Below, piece by piece: positions 55,476-64,000 of a stretch of DNA of 64,000 nt. The notes beneath the pieces were generated by a model. The model was not told the DNA's origin, did not search any database, and saw nothing but the letters and a program-made list of their open reading frames with translations. Origin of the DNA: Desulfurococcaceae archaeon. Lineage in GTDB: Archaea > Thermoproteota > Thermoprotei_A > Sulfolobales > Desulfurococcaceae. How positions within the stretch are numbered: the stretch's first letter is position 1; the number at the start of each line of letters is the position of its first letter. Where the stretch lies: positions 45,534 through 109,533 of the forward strand of contig JAWBAI010000004.1 in assembly GCA_038816475.1 (NCBI GenBank). Direction: 5' to 3'. The position numbers were made by a program, and so were the translations under genes.

Positions 55476-56408
55476 TTGATCAAGCTGGACGATGTTACAG
55501 TGCTTATTCCGGTTAAAAACGAGGAGAAAGCTATTGGAAAAGTCATAGACGAGGTTTTGTCCACAGGCATTCCACCGAGTCGAATATTAGTTGTTGATGG
55601 ACACAGCACTGATAGAACAGTTGAGATCGCGAGAAGCAAGGGCGTAGTTGTGGTTGAACAGGAGGGTGTGGGTAAAAGTGATGCTATTAAAACCGGTTTG
55701 AGATATGTTTCAACAAAGTACGTAGTAGTTATGGATGGTGACTACAGTTATCCCGCTAAGTACATACCGATTCTCGTAAGATTGGCTAAGGAGAAAAACT
55801 ACTCGTACATTTCAGCAAGAAGGGTTCGCGGTAGAGAAAACATACCGGTTTTGAATAGGTTTGGTAACTGGATTTTAACAAAACTGTTCAATATTCTACT
55901 CGGTGGAGACCTGGGAGATGTATGTACAGGTATGTACCTCCTTGACGTGGAAGAACTACGTGATGTTTTATTTGAAACAAAAGGATTTAGCATCGAGGTT
56001 GAACTCGCAGCGCACGTTGTTGGCTCTGCTGCACCCTACACAGAGTATGGAATCGAGTATCGAAGTAGAATTGGTAGATCTAAGCTTAGAATCGCAGATG
56101 GCTTCAAAATAGCGTTAGATATTGTTAGAATGGCGTGGAGGTATAACCCCGTAACACTACTCCTAATAGGTGCTAGTATCATAGTAGTTCCCGGTCTACT
56201 ACTGGGCGCTTACGTAGCGTACCATTACATCTTCAACGGAGTAATCTACCATGTGAAAGGAGTAGTTGCTATTGTTTTAACAGCAACAGGTTTGCAGGCG
56301 TTAATGCTAGCTATGGTTGCAACGTACCTGAAAAGAGCCGAGCTCAGGATTAGGAGACTACTTCGTGAAATCCTCAACCACAGTAAAACACGTACAATGG
56401 GTTTCTAA
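55476..56408 (+). CDS. GT2 glycosyltransferase (dolichol-phosphate glycosyltransferase-like) with C-terminal TMs
   Basis: LIPVKNEE, VVDGHSTDRT, GKSDAIKTG, MDGDYSYP, GFSIEVE, RIGRSKL. Confidence 0.92.
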   Translation: MIKLDDVTVLIPVKNEEKAIGKVIDEVLSTGIPPSRILVVDGHSTDRTVEIARSKGVVVVEQEGVGKSDAIKTGLRYVSTKYVVVMDGDYSYPAKYIPILVRLAKEKNYSYISARRVRGRENIPVLNRFGNWILTKLFNILLGGDLGDVCTGMYLLDVEELRDVLFETKGFSIEVELAAHVVGSAAPYTEYGIEYRSRIGRSKLRIADGFKIALDIVRMAWRYNPVTLLLIGASIIVVPGLLLGAYVAYHYIFNGVIYHVKGVVAIVLTATGLQALMLAMVATYLKRAELRIRRLLREILNHSKTRTMGF

Positions 56409-56434
56409 GCAATTTAACATCAAAACCAATAGTA

Positions 56435-57394
56435 GTGAGACGAGAGAACTCGGTTGAACATGCTTACTACGATGTGTTAACCATGGATAATCTTCACCTG
56501 ATCTCCGCGATAATGGTCTCGGTTCTCAGGAAAAAGACCTACTTGTACTTGCTAATAGCTTTAACTTCACCGTTGCTTCTCTCAACAGTTCTTCTATCTA
56601 TGCCGAGTTTATCCATGTTCTTAGAGGTGATGTCACAGCGCGTTAGCCCAGGTACTATGAGCCTACTGGTACGTAGTAGTGCTAGTTTAGGGGATTGTTA
56701 TCCCGTTGAGCTACTGGGCACAATTACCTTGAACAATACGGAGCTCCCCGTGCTAGTGGTTCCCGTGGATGTTTTTCTCGAAAACTTGTTTGAGTTCAAG
56801 GAAGTTTCTTATACAAGTGATTTTACATCCTTACCGCAGGAAGTGTACGAAGAACTCCAAGTTGAAAGCGTTCTTCTGAACGGCTATACAAGGCGTGTAT
56901 CACATGTTCACAGAGGTATTAACGCTGTGATTGTTCTCGGCGAGGTTTCCACTGAAAGCGATACTAAGCTGTGCAGAGTAAGCACCTCACACGTATTGAA
57001 AGAAGCGTTATTCTTCGTAGAGAGTAGCCTCATCGAGGTTTCTAAAAGATGGTTGCTACTCGTACTTCTAGCTCATACTCCACTAGTTTACGTTGCTGTG
57101 CTTAAAGCTCGTAGAGCTCTTGAAGAAGAGTTCAATGCTTTGCACAACCTTGGTGTTAGTAGAGGAAAAATACTCCTAGGATTCTCGCTGGTAATGCTCT
57201 TTGTATGCGTAATAGTCTCTGTTTTCATTGTTTCAATGTCGGTGGTGATTGTTAACTCTGTTCACAAGTTCACGAGTTTGTATTGGTTTACTCCCCAACC
57301 TTACACGAGGAGTGTGCTGTTTTACTACGTTGCTGGTTCAGTGATCCTGGTGTTTGCATCATCTCTGGTAGCGGGGTTCAAGAAGCATGTTTAG
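56435..57394 (+). CDS. FtsX/MacB-like ABC permease (divergent)
   Basis: TM, extracellular domain, three TMs with EFNALHNLGVSRGKI. Confidence 0.7.
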   Translation: MRRENSVEHAYYDVLTMDNLHLISAIMVSVLRKKTYLYLLIALTSPLLLSTVLLSMPSLSMFLEVMSQRVSPGTMSLLVRSSASLGDCYPVELLGTITLNNTELPVLVVPVDVFLENLFEFKEVSYTSDFTSLPQEVYEELQVESVLLNGYTRRVSHVHRGINAVIVLGEVSTESDTKLCRVSTSHVLKEALFFVESSLIEVSKRWLLLVLLAHTPLVYVAVLKARRALEEEFNALHNLGVSRGKILLGFSLVMLFVCVIVSVFIVSMSVVIVNSVHKFTSLYWFTPQPYTRSVLFYYVAGSVILVFASSLVAGFKKHV

Positions 57395-58484
57395 CGGTTT
57401 AATCACTCTTCTACAGTATTTCGTCACTAGAAAAACAGTGTTGTTTGTGTTCGTGCTCGGTGTTTTAGTTGTGCTCTCATCGCTTTCCCTATACGCATTA
57501 AGCTACGTGAAGACCCTGAGCAGGGTTTACGATGTGTTTTATCCACCTGATCCTACCGCCGTAGCCACCATTGTGGTGTCTAGTGATGCTTTATCTCCTT
57601 TTACCTCGATTGTTGATGCAAGAAGTATTGAGGAGAAGCTTAGTAGTTTTAACAACATTAGGGTTCGATCGATCCTTGTAACAGTAGGGTTGATCGATAG
57701 TAGACCCGTCGTAGTGTACGCAACTGATTACGCCAATAGTACATGTGCCTATGCTAGTAAAAACCTACTTGAAGCAGGTAGCTTCCTGATAGGTGACTTC
57801 ATCGCTGTTCAGTCACCATTCACTGGTGAAATCCTAGTACTGAGGATCTGCGGTGAGGGAGATAAACCCGGTATTAGTGTCAGCTACGAGAACGCGGTGA
57901 AGCTTCGAGGTGTAAAGCAGGGTTACTACAGCTTCGTAGTAGTGTACGTGTACAGTGAGGACATGGTGGACAAGGTGTTCAGCGTTCTGGTTCCCCGACC
58001 CCGCGATGATTACACCGAGAGGTTAATTCGAAGAGCGTTTCTCCTCCTAACACGTAGAGGAGAAGATGTCGAGGTTGCTCACGCAGAGACTCCTACTGAA
58101 ATTTACTTAGCTAAGCTCGGCATTCATAGGGAGTACATTGTATACTTAGCTTATGCTGTTGGTGTTGCAACTCTTGCAAGTCTTCCATTGATGAGTATAG
58201 GAGTAGTACTTCATCTTGAGAGCCGACTTAGAACACTCATAAGCATGGGAGCTTCACGCGGTGTTATCCTTGCATCACTACTAGTGTACTTTCTTATCGC
58301 TGTTGCTGTTTCAGTTGCGCTTTCATCATTGTTCTTTCACCTGGGTTTAGCACCTCCATTAGTGTTTCTTGACCATGAAATCCCCCTTACTGTTGGTATT
58401 CGTGAAGTCATCACTGTAGCTATTGTCAACTGCACGTTACTATCAGTGGGTGTATTTACAGGGTTGAGAAGACTTGAGAGCTAA
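57387..58484 (+). CDS. FtsX/MacB-like ABC permease
   Basis: TM, extracellular domain, three TMs with RTLISMGASRGVI. Confidence 0.75.
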   Translation: MFSGLITLLQYFVTRKTVLFVFVLGVLVVLSSLSLYALSYVKTLSRVYDVFYPPDPTAVATIVVSSDALSPFTSIVDARSIEEKLSSFNNIRVRSILVTVGLIDSRPVVVYATDYANSTCAYASKNLLEAGSFLIGDFIAVQSPFTGEILVLRICGEGDKPGISVSYENAVKLRGVKQGYYSFVVVYVYSEDMVDKVFSVLVPRPRDDYTERLIRRAFLLLTRRGEDVEVAHAETPTEIYLAKLGIHREYIVYLAYAVGVATLASLPLMSIGVVLHLESRLRTLISMGASRGVILASLLVYFLIAVAVSVALSSLFFHLGLAPPLVFLDHEIPLTVGIREVITVAIVNCTLLSVGVFTGLRRLES

Positions 58485-59955
58485 TCACGTGGTGTTATTC
58501 ACAGTAATCGTTGCATTTACTGTTCTTACTAGATTAATTCCCGTGCTTTACACTGGATACCCGTTTTCCAACGATGTGTGGGTTCTAGTTAGAATATCAG
58601 AGTACTTATCCGAGAACCCGAGTACACCAGTATACTCTCTCGTTGAAGTCTTCAGTTACCATGTCGAATACCCTGCTTCAATCCTGGAATCAATAGTGTA
58701 CTCCAGTATAACTGGTTTACCAATTGCAGAGTTTTACAGACATGTTGGAGTGGTAGTTTTATCGCTGGCAATGGCTTTCTCGGTTTACTCCTTCGCGGGT
58801 TTTCTAGCGGTCAACTTCAAACCACGTGTTTTATCAGTGCTTGCACTATCGTTGATCCCATCCTTTACTATTTACACATCAAGCTACTTAAAGGAAGTTT
58901 ACGCGCATGCACTAATACCTCTTCTGCTATGTGTACTTCTTCAACCTCGTGAACTAACGGTCTCTCGGCTTCTAACAGTACTCGTTTTATCAGTAGCAGT
59001 TGTTCTGAGTCATCCGCTGGCTAGTGCAGTGCTTTCAGCTACTCTGGTAAGCTACTTGTTTATCGATTACACCGGTTCACTTGTAAGTAGGAAGCAGAGA
59101 GTTCGTTTTGATTCCACGCGTATATTGTTGCTGGTACCAGTCTTGCTCTTTACCACGTACTCTCTTTTTGTTACTTCCCCGGTAGCCGTGTCATTCAAGG
59201 ACACGGTTATTCTAGCAGTATACGCGTTGTTCACCTACTCATCGTACACTCTACTAGGTGATGTTGCTTCAGGTGTTTTAATAACAATAGCTCTTGCTCC
59301 AGCTCTAGTTGCTCTCATCTACACGGTTACAGCACCTGTTGCACCAGTTCTTCTAGCTCTATTCGTTGTACCCATAGGTTTGTTGGTAGCATACAAGACT
59401 GGGTTAGAGGAGGTTGACAAGATTAGAAATGCTTGCTTATTACCAGTGGCTACACTAGTTCTCTACGTTTTAACCTACATGGTTGAAGCTTTAAGTATAA
59501 TCCACAGAATTGCTAACTACGTTGTCTATGCGTTTATACCTGTGTGTATTGGAATAGGTGAAAAAAGTAGAAAAGTGCACTACTCCTTACTCCTCTTACT
59601 CACACTGTTCACCGTTACACTGAGTACATTAACTGCTCTCGGTGGTAACCCTTACACGTTTTACTGGAGGTATGGTGATTACGACTTTGTTCTAAGAGAG
59701 CTTACTATTGCGGTTGATCACAGCGTCGTCATCTACGGTGATCCAAAGTACAGCTACATGGTAGAAGAGGTTAAGCAAGTAGATTACTCCGTAGCTAGGG
59801 ATTTCTGCACTACACGAGGATTCCTTGCTGTTTCAAGGGATAACTTTCACTACGGTGTTCCGGTTACACCACTCGACTACATTAGATTACCTGGTAACCT
59901 GGATCAGTGCAGAAGCAGAGTTTTCGACACGGGCTATGTCTATGTGTATAGTTAA
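58474..59955 (+). CDS. Polytopic membrane protein, GT-C-like (lipid-linked sugar transferase candidate)
   Basis: About 12 TMs; acidic residue after TM1 (PFSNDVW), EYP, KE, SHP motifs; soluble C-terminal domain ending RVFDTG. Confidence 0.55.
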   Translation: MRANHVVLFTVIVAFTVLTRLIPVLYTGYPFSNDVWVLVRISEYLSENPSTPVYSLVEVFSYHVEYPASILESIVYSSITGLPIAEFYRHVGVVVLSLAMAFSVYSFAGFLAVNFKPRVLSVLALSLIPSFTIYTSSYLKEVYAHALIPLLLCVLLQPRELTVSRLLTVLVLSVAVVLSHPLASAVLSATLVSYLFIDYTGSLVSRKQRVRFDSTRILLLVPVLLFTTYSLFVTSPVAVSFKDTVILAVYALFTYSSYTLLGDVASGVLITIALAPALVALIYTVTAPVAPVLLALFVVPIGLLVAYKTGLEEVDKIRNACLLPVATLVLYVLTYMVEALSIIHRIANYVVYAFIPVCIGIGEKSRKVHYSLLLLLTLFTVTLSTLTALGGNPYTFYWRYGDYDFVLRELTIAVDHSVVIYGDPKYSYMVEEVKQVDYSVARDFCTTRGFLAVSRDNFHYGVPVTPLDYIRLPGNLDQCRSRVFDTGYVYVYS

Positions 59956-60628
59956 ACTCGTAGATGTCTGGGTTAAGTACGAAGGAGAATACGTGCTACG
60001 CGGTATTAACCTAGAGGTATGTGAAGGCAACGTTGTCGTAGTTAAAGGTAGAAGTGGTGTAGGAAAAACCACGCTGGCAAAGGTTCTTGCACTACTTTTG
60101 AAACCAGAGAAGGGTAGAGTACTTTACAGTGGAGAAGATGTTTGGAGTCTAAGTGAACAGTTCAGAGCAGGAATCAGGCTTAGAGACATCGGGTATGTTG
60201 ACCAGGAGCACGTGCTTCTACCTGAGTTGACTGTCTGGGAAAACATTGAATTACCACTAAGGATCATGGGTGTTGAGAAAAACGACAGAAAACGGAGAGT
60301 GAGAGAAATCGTTGAAGTTCTCGGCTTACTGGGACTTGAGGAAAGATACCCAGGTCAGCTATCGGGTGGTCAAAGACAAAGAGTTGCATTAGCTAGAGCT
60401 CTCGTTAAGAAACCCAAGCTCCTAGTACTCGATGAACCCTACTCTAGCTTAGACGATGACACGCGGAGAACAGTTCACAGCTACATTGTTAACTACGCGA
60501 AGCAGGTGAAATCAGCAGTAGTAGTAACAACAGTTGATCTCTACGTGGATTTCAACGTGGACAAGGAGTACACGCTTGAGAACTCATTGCTAACCGAGAC
60601 AAAGAGAATAAGCCTTGAACAACGTTAA
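59936..60628 (+). CDS. ABC transporter ATPase (LolD/FtsE-like)
   Basis: GRSGVGKTT, IGYVDQ, LSGGQRQRVALARAL, LDEP; H-loop reads TTVD. Confidence 0.92.
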   Translation: MSMCIVKLVDVWVKYEGEYVLRGINLEVCEGNVVVVKGRSGVGKTTLAKVLALLLKPEKGRVLYSGEDVWSLSEQFRAGIRLRDIGYVDQEHVLLPELTVWENIELPLRIMGVEKNDRKRRVREIVEVLGLLGLEERYPGQLSGGQRQRVALARALVKKPKLLVLDEPYSSLDDDTRRTVHSYIVNYAKQVKSAVVVTTVDLYVDFNVDKEYTLENSLLTETKRISLEQR

Positions 60629-60770
60629 GCGCGCTCAACAACCCCTTGTACACCATAACCCTGTGGTACAGGCTAGCATCTGTTCTGTGGAACACGCCGA
60701 GTTTAAGCTTACGTGTTTCAATTGAACCAAAGGTATTTAACCCCGTAGTGTCTTATAGTGTATTGATCAG

Positions 60771-61805
60771 GTGGACTTTGTGAACAAGCTAAGAGTAATA
60801 GGTGTACTCGCATTATTACTAGTTCTACAATATCCACTAGCAGTACACAGCGGTGAACCCGGTTTCGAAGCATTAACACTATCCACGTCATCCCCGATAA
60901 CAGTTGATGGTGATCCCTCGGATTGGGGAACCTTCGACTGTCCCAGTTTACCGATAGATGGTAACTACGGAGTTTATTACTATAGAACGATCAACGGCGT
61001 TCAGCAGTGGATATGGTGTGATGCTATCGGAGACGAAAGAACAGACTTCGCGAACCCGGACAAAAGAGTTGACTTAGTTCAATTCAGGATAACCGGTGAC
61101 AAGAACTTCATATACATGCTCTTCATATTCAACGATATGAGCGGCTTCAACATAGGAGACAATGGAGGGACCTTCATTGCTGTAACCATAAACGTGAATG
61201 GAACAGGAGTCAATGAAGACTTTGCCGGTTACTCAGACACAAAAGTTCACGTTGACGCTAAGTGGAAGTACCAGGTTGTTGTGAACCTAGCAGACAGCAG
61301 ATATAGTGGTCAAGGCAAAAGATCTACTATTGACACGCTACACGCGAACTGGGGTGCAATATTCTACCTCGTGGATGAAGGGTGGAGTTTCAAGACTGAT
61401 ATTCGAGCACAAGTGGGAGTAAACCTTGACAAAAACGCTGTGGAGATCAGGATACCATGGGAGATCATTGGTGTACCTAGTGGACCGGTCTACTACTTGA
61501 GGTTATCCTTGATTACTGCTCGTGGATGGAGCGACTATGATAGAAATCTTGGAAATACCTGGGACATAAAAGATCAAAGTAATGCCTTAGACGCTATGAC
61601 CACTGCTGGACCCAACACTTGGGATGAAGTATATGATGGTAGAGTAGACTACTACGCTGATGTCTACTTCACTACTACACCACCCTACGTACCCATACCT
61701 GAACCCTGGTTCACCAGCATAGCAGTAGCCTCGGTAACAGTGGGTAGCATAGGACTAGGAACCATCCTGAAGAAACGGAAAAACAAAAACGAAAAACCAG
61801 AGTAG
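60771..61805 (+). CDS. Secreted DOMON/CBM9-like protein with PEP-CTERM-like C-terminal sorting signal
   Basis: Signal peptide; ITVDGDPSDW, DAIGDE, VDLVQFRI, VEIRIPW; C-terminus TTTPPYVPIPEP-WFTSIAVASVTVGSIGLGTIL-KKRKNK. Confidence 0.75.
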   Translation: MDFVNKLRVIGVLALLLVLQYPLAVHSGEPGFEALTLSTSSPITVDGDPSDWGTFDCPSLPIDGNYGVYYYRTINGVQQWIWCDAIGDERTDFANPDKRVDLVQFRITGDKNFIYMLFIFNDMSGFNIGDNGGTFIAVTINVNGTGVNEDFAGYSDTKVHVDAKWKYQVVVNLADSRYSGQGKRSTIDTLHANWGAIFYLVDEGWSFKTDIRAQVGVNLDKNAVEIRIPWEIIGVPSGPVYYLRLSLITARGWSDYDRNLGNTWDIKDQSNALDAMTTAGPNTWDEVYDGRVDYYADVYFTTTPPYVPIPEPWFTSIAVASVTVGSIGLGTILKKRKNKNEKPE

Positions 61806-61902
61806 AGTAAACTAAGAAGCTTTTTCCTCTTTAATACACTTTGCTCAGCTATTCTCGAGGCTTAGTTAAGATAATATACTGAGATCACGTCATAGCTAGG
61901 TT

Positions 61903-63057
61903 GTGGAAAGCGGGGTAGAAGCCGTGGAAGCATACATAGTGCATCTTTTCACGGTTTGCGGTGGTAGTGGAAGAGTTAGTTTAGAAATAGCGAGTGTACT
62001 GCGTGAAAAAGGGTTCAGAGTTACGTATGTAACCAACAGCGAAGATAGTATGAAGAAGTGTGCTGAACTCCTCCAGTTACCGGGAGACTACGAGGTTATA
62101 GAAGTAAAGAGCATGTTCGAGAGAGCACTAGCTCTTACTGGTAGGTTCATACGGTACAGAAGACTAGTGCTTCTCACAAAGGCGTACGAAAAACTTGCAT
62201 CAATGGGAGTAGATGGTTTAACAGTAGACACGGATACGAACACAGCGTTCAACGTAGACATTTCCTACATACACTACCCAGCAGTACTAAGCACAGTTAA
62301 ATCCAACATGCTCCACTGGAAACTGTACAACTGGCTTGTTGCTAGAAAAGCACGAAGCATGATGGGTAAACCAAGGCTTGTTCTCGCGAACAGTTCTTGG
62401 ACAGCCAAGTTGATCAAGGAAACCTATGGGTTAAACGCCGAGGTCCTTCATCCACCGGTAGACGTAGACTACTACTCGTACGAGGGTGGAGGAAAGGAGA
62501 GGATAATTGTTACTACCTCGAGGATTACACCCGAGAAGAATCTTCATCTCCTACCACGCGTTGCATCCAAGCTACCAAACTACGAGTGGTACCTAGTAGG
62601 CTCTACTGGTTACTCGAGAATAGAAAAATACCTTGCGAAGAGAATAGTAAATAGAATTGAGCATGAGAAGAGAAAACACAACGCCTGGAACTTCCACGTA
62701 GTCATGGATCTTCCTAGAAGAGAACTCAGAGAACTACTACAAAGAGCAACATTCTACGTACACCCCTTGTTTCCAGAGCACTTTGGTATAGCAGTTGTCG
62801 AAGCTATGTCAGCTGGAGCTATACCGGTAGTATACAGAGACGGAGGTGCATGGCTAGATGTAGTTTCAGATGTAAGCATGGAACTCGGCTACATGGAACT
62901 CGATGAAATCCCGGTTGTTGTTAAGAGAATCGAAAGCAACACGGATAAACTAAAGAGACTAAGAGAAGAAGTAATGAGGAAAAGCAAACAATTCAAGCGA
63001 GAGGTGTTCAGAGAGAGATTCGCAGTAATCTTAGAAAACTTAGTTAAGGGTGACTGA
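61903..63057 (+). CDS. GT4 glycosyltransferase (Alg11-like)
   Basis: CGGSGRV, YIHYP, ANSSWT, LHPPVD, SRITPEK, EHFGIAVVEAMSAG. Confidence 0.92.
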   Translation: MESGVEAVEAYIVHLFTVCGGSGRVSLEIASVLREKGFRVTYVTNSEDSMKKCAELLQLPGDYEVIEVKSMFERALALTGRFIRYRRLVLLTKAYEKLASMGVDGLTVDTDTNTAFNVDISYIHYPAVLSTVKSNMLHWKLYNWLVARKARSMMGKPRLVLANSSWTAKLIKETYGLNAEVLHPPVDVDYYSYEGGGKERIIVTTSRITPEKNLHLLPRVASKLPNYEWYLVGSTGYSRIEKYLAKRIVNRIEHEKRKHNAWNFHVVMDLPRRELRELLQRATFYVHPLFPEHFGIAVVEAMSAGAIPVVYRDGGAWLDVVSDVSMELGYMELDEIPVVVKRIESNTDKLKRLREEVMRKSKQFKREVFRERFAVILENLVKGD

Positions 63058-64000
63058 GACGAGCAAGATTTCATACTTAATACATGTATCCTATGTCTGC
63101 GGTGGCGGGGAGAAGCTTAGTCTTGAAATAGCGAGGATACTATCAATGGCAGGTTACAAAGTCAACTACGTGGTACCTGATTCAAGAATGCTTTACCATT
63201 GCATGGACTTGTTTGATATGCATGGAAACTACAAGGTAATCGAGGTTAAGAGTTTACGGGAAAAGCTCTTATCCTTAACTGGAAAGTTCAGAAGGCTTAG
63301 AAGGCTTTTAATAGCCCGCAAGTTAGCCCTGTACATAGATGGCTTAGAAGGATTGAAAATTGATACAGGAACAGATATTCCCCTGGGAAGCATAGATATA
63401 TCGTACATTCATTACCCGATACTCCTTGATAGTAAAGAAAGTAGATCCACAATGTGGAGGCTGTACAAATGGTATCTTAAGTCTTTACAAAGCAAAGTAC
63501 TTGGTAAACCCACGATCGTTCTCACAAACTCTACGTGGACTGCTAAGCTGATTGAAGATTCATATGGTGTGAATGCAAAGGTTCTTCATCCACCTGTTGA
63601 TGTTGATTACTTCAAGTATGATGGAACATCAAAGGAAAACATAATAGTTACAATTTCGAGAATCAACCTGAACAAGAGAATACATTTGTTACCAAAGATC
63701 GCGAAGAAACTTGAAGACTATGAGTGGTATTTGATCGGTTCCACATATGGATATGGTTCAAGTAGAGCTCTAAGAGAACTTGAGAAGCAGATAAGAGTAC
63801 ACAACGCAAGTAACTTTCACGTTCTTACAAACTTGAAGAACGATGAGCTGAGAAAACTGCTCATGAGAGCGAAGTTTTATGTTCATCCTCAGTACCAGGA
63901 GCATTTCGGTATAGCAGTTGTTGAGGCTATGTCGGCTGGAGCTGTTCCAATAGTGTACAGGGATGGTGGTGCATGGGTGGACGTTGTCTCGAATATTAGT
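63050..64000 (+). CDS. GT4 glycosyltransferase, tandem paralog (truncated by window end)
   Basis: GTG 63050: MTETSKISYLIHVSYVCGGGEK..YIHYP..TNSTWT..LHPPVDVDY..EHFGIAVVEAMSAG; not in ORF track. Confidence 0.9.
   Translation, partial: MTETSKISYLIHVSYVCGGGEKLSLEIARILSMAGYKVNYVVPDSRMLYHCMDLFDMHGNYKVIEVKSLREKLLSLTGKFRRLRRLLIARKLALYIDGLEGLKIDTGTDIPLGSIDISYIHYPILLDSKESRSTMWRLYKWYLKSLQSKVLGKPTIVLTNSTWTAKLIEDSYGVNAKVLHPPVDVDYFKYDGTSKENIIVTISRINLNKRIHLLPKIAKKLEDYEWYLIGSTYGYGSSRALRELEKQIRVHNASNFHVLTNLKNDELRKLLMRAKFYVHPQYQEHFGIAVVEAMSAGAVPIVYRDGGAWVDVVSNIS

Noticed and set aside
1-64000. CRISPR arrays, IS elements, tRNA-linked integrated elements, inteins
   Set aside because: No regularly spaced repeats, transposase or integrase ORFs, or duplicated tRNA 3' ends seen by eye; RadA, Lhr and Topo VI show no intein-sized inserts

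Overview
Gene-dense chromosomal segment of a hyperthermophilic crenarchaeote, most likely Desulfurococcales (crenarchaeal r-proteins, Rpo13-like subunit, Elf1, Ced system, intron-containing tRNA-Pro). About 1-35.6 kb is mostly core genes (rpl3, PCNA, 2-oxoacid:ferredoxin oxidoreductase, GGGP synthase, Sec61beta, RadA, ThrRS, Topo VI, EndoV, aRF1, two tRNAs, three box C/D sRNAs). Interleaved with them are a complete Ced DNA-import operon, a second membrane-anchored VirD4/HerA-like ATPase, an Lhr helicase, a type IV pilus operon and an orphan large pilin-like gene. The cedA1 and large-pilin promoters share an ANTTTC-N6-CTCTCCT-N4-TTAA motif at the same distance from their probable start codons. 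37-45 kb is a 13-gene Mbh-type [NiFe] hydrogenase/Mrp antiporter operon. 45-64 kb is a divergent cell-surface cluster: an EpsH/EpsI-like exosortase heading a MoxR-DUF58-DUF4350-DUF4129-DUF1616 operon, facing a GT2, an FtsX/LolCDE-type ABC system, a GT-C-like membrane protein, a secreted DOMON/CBM9-like protein ending in a PEP-CTERM-like signal (VPIPEP-TM-KKRK), and tandem GT4 genes. No CRISPR array, IS element or integrase was seen. Family calls come from motif recognition by eye; no database searches were run.
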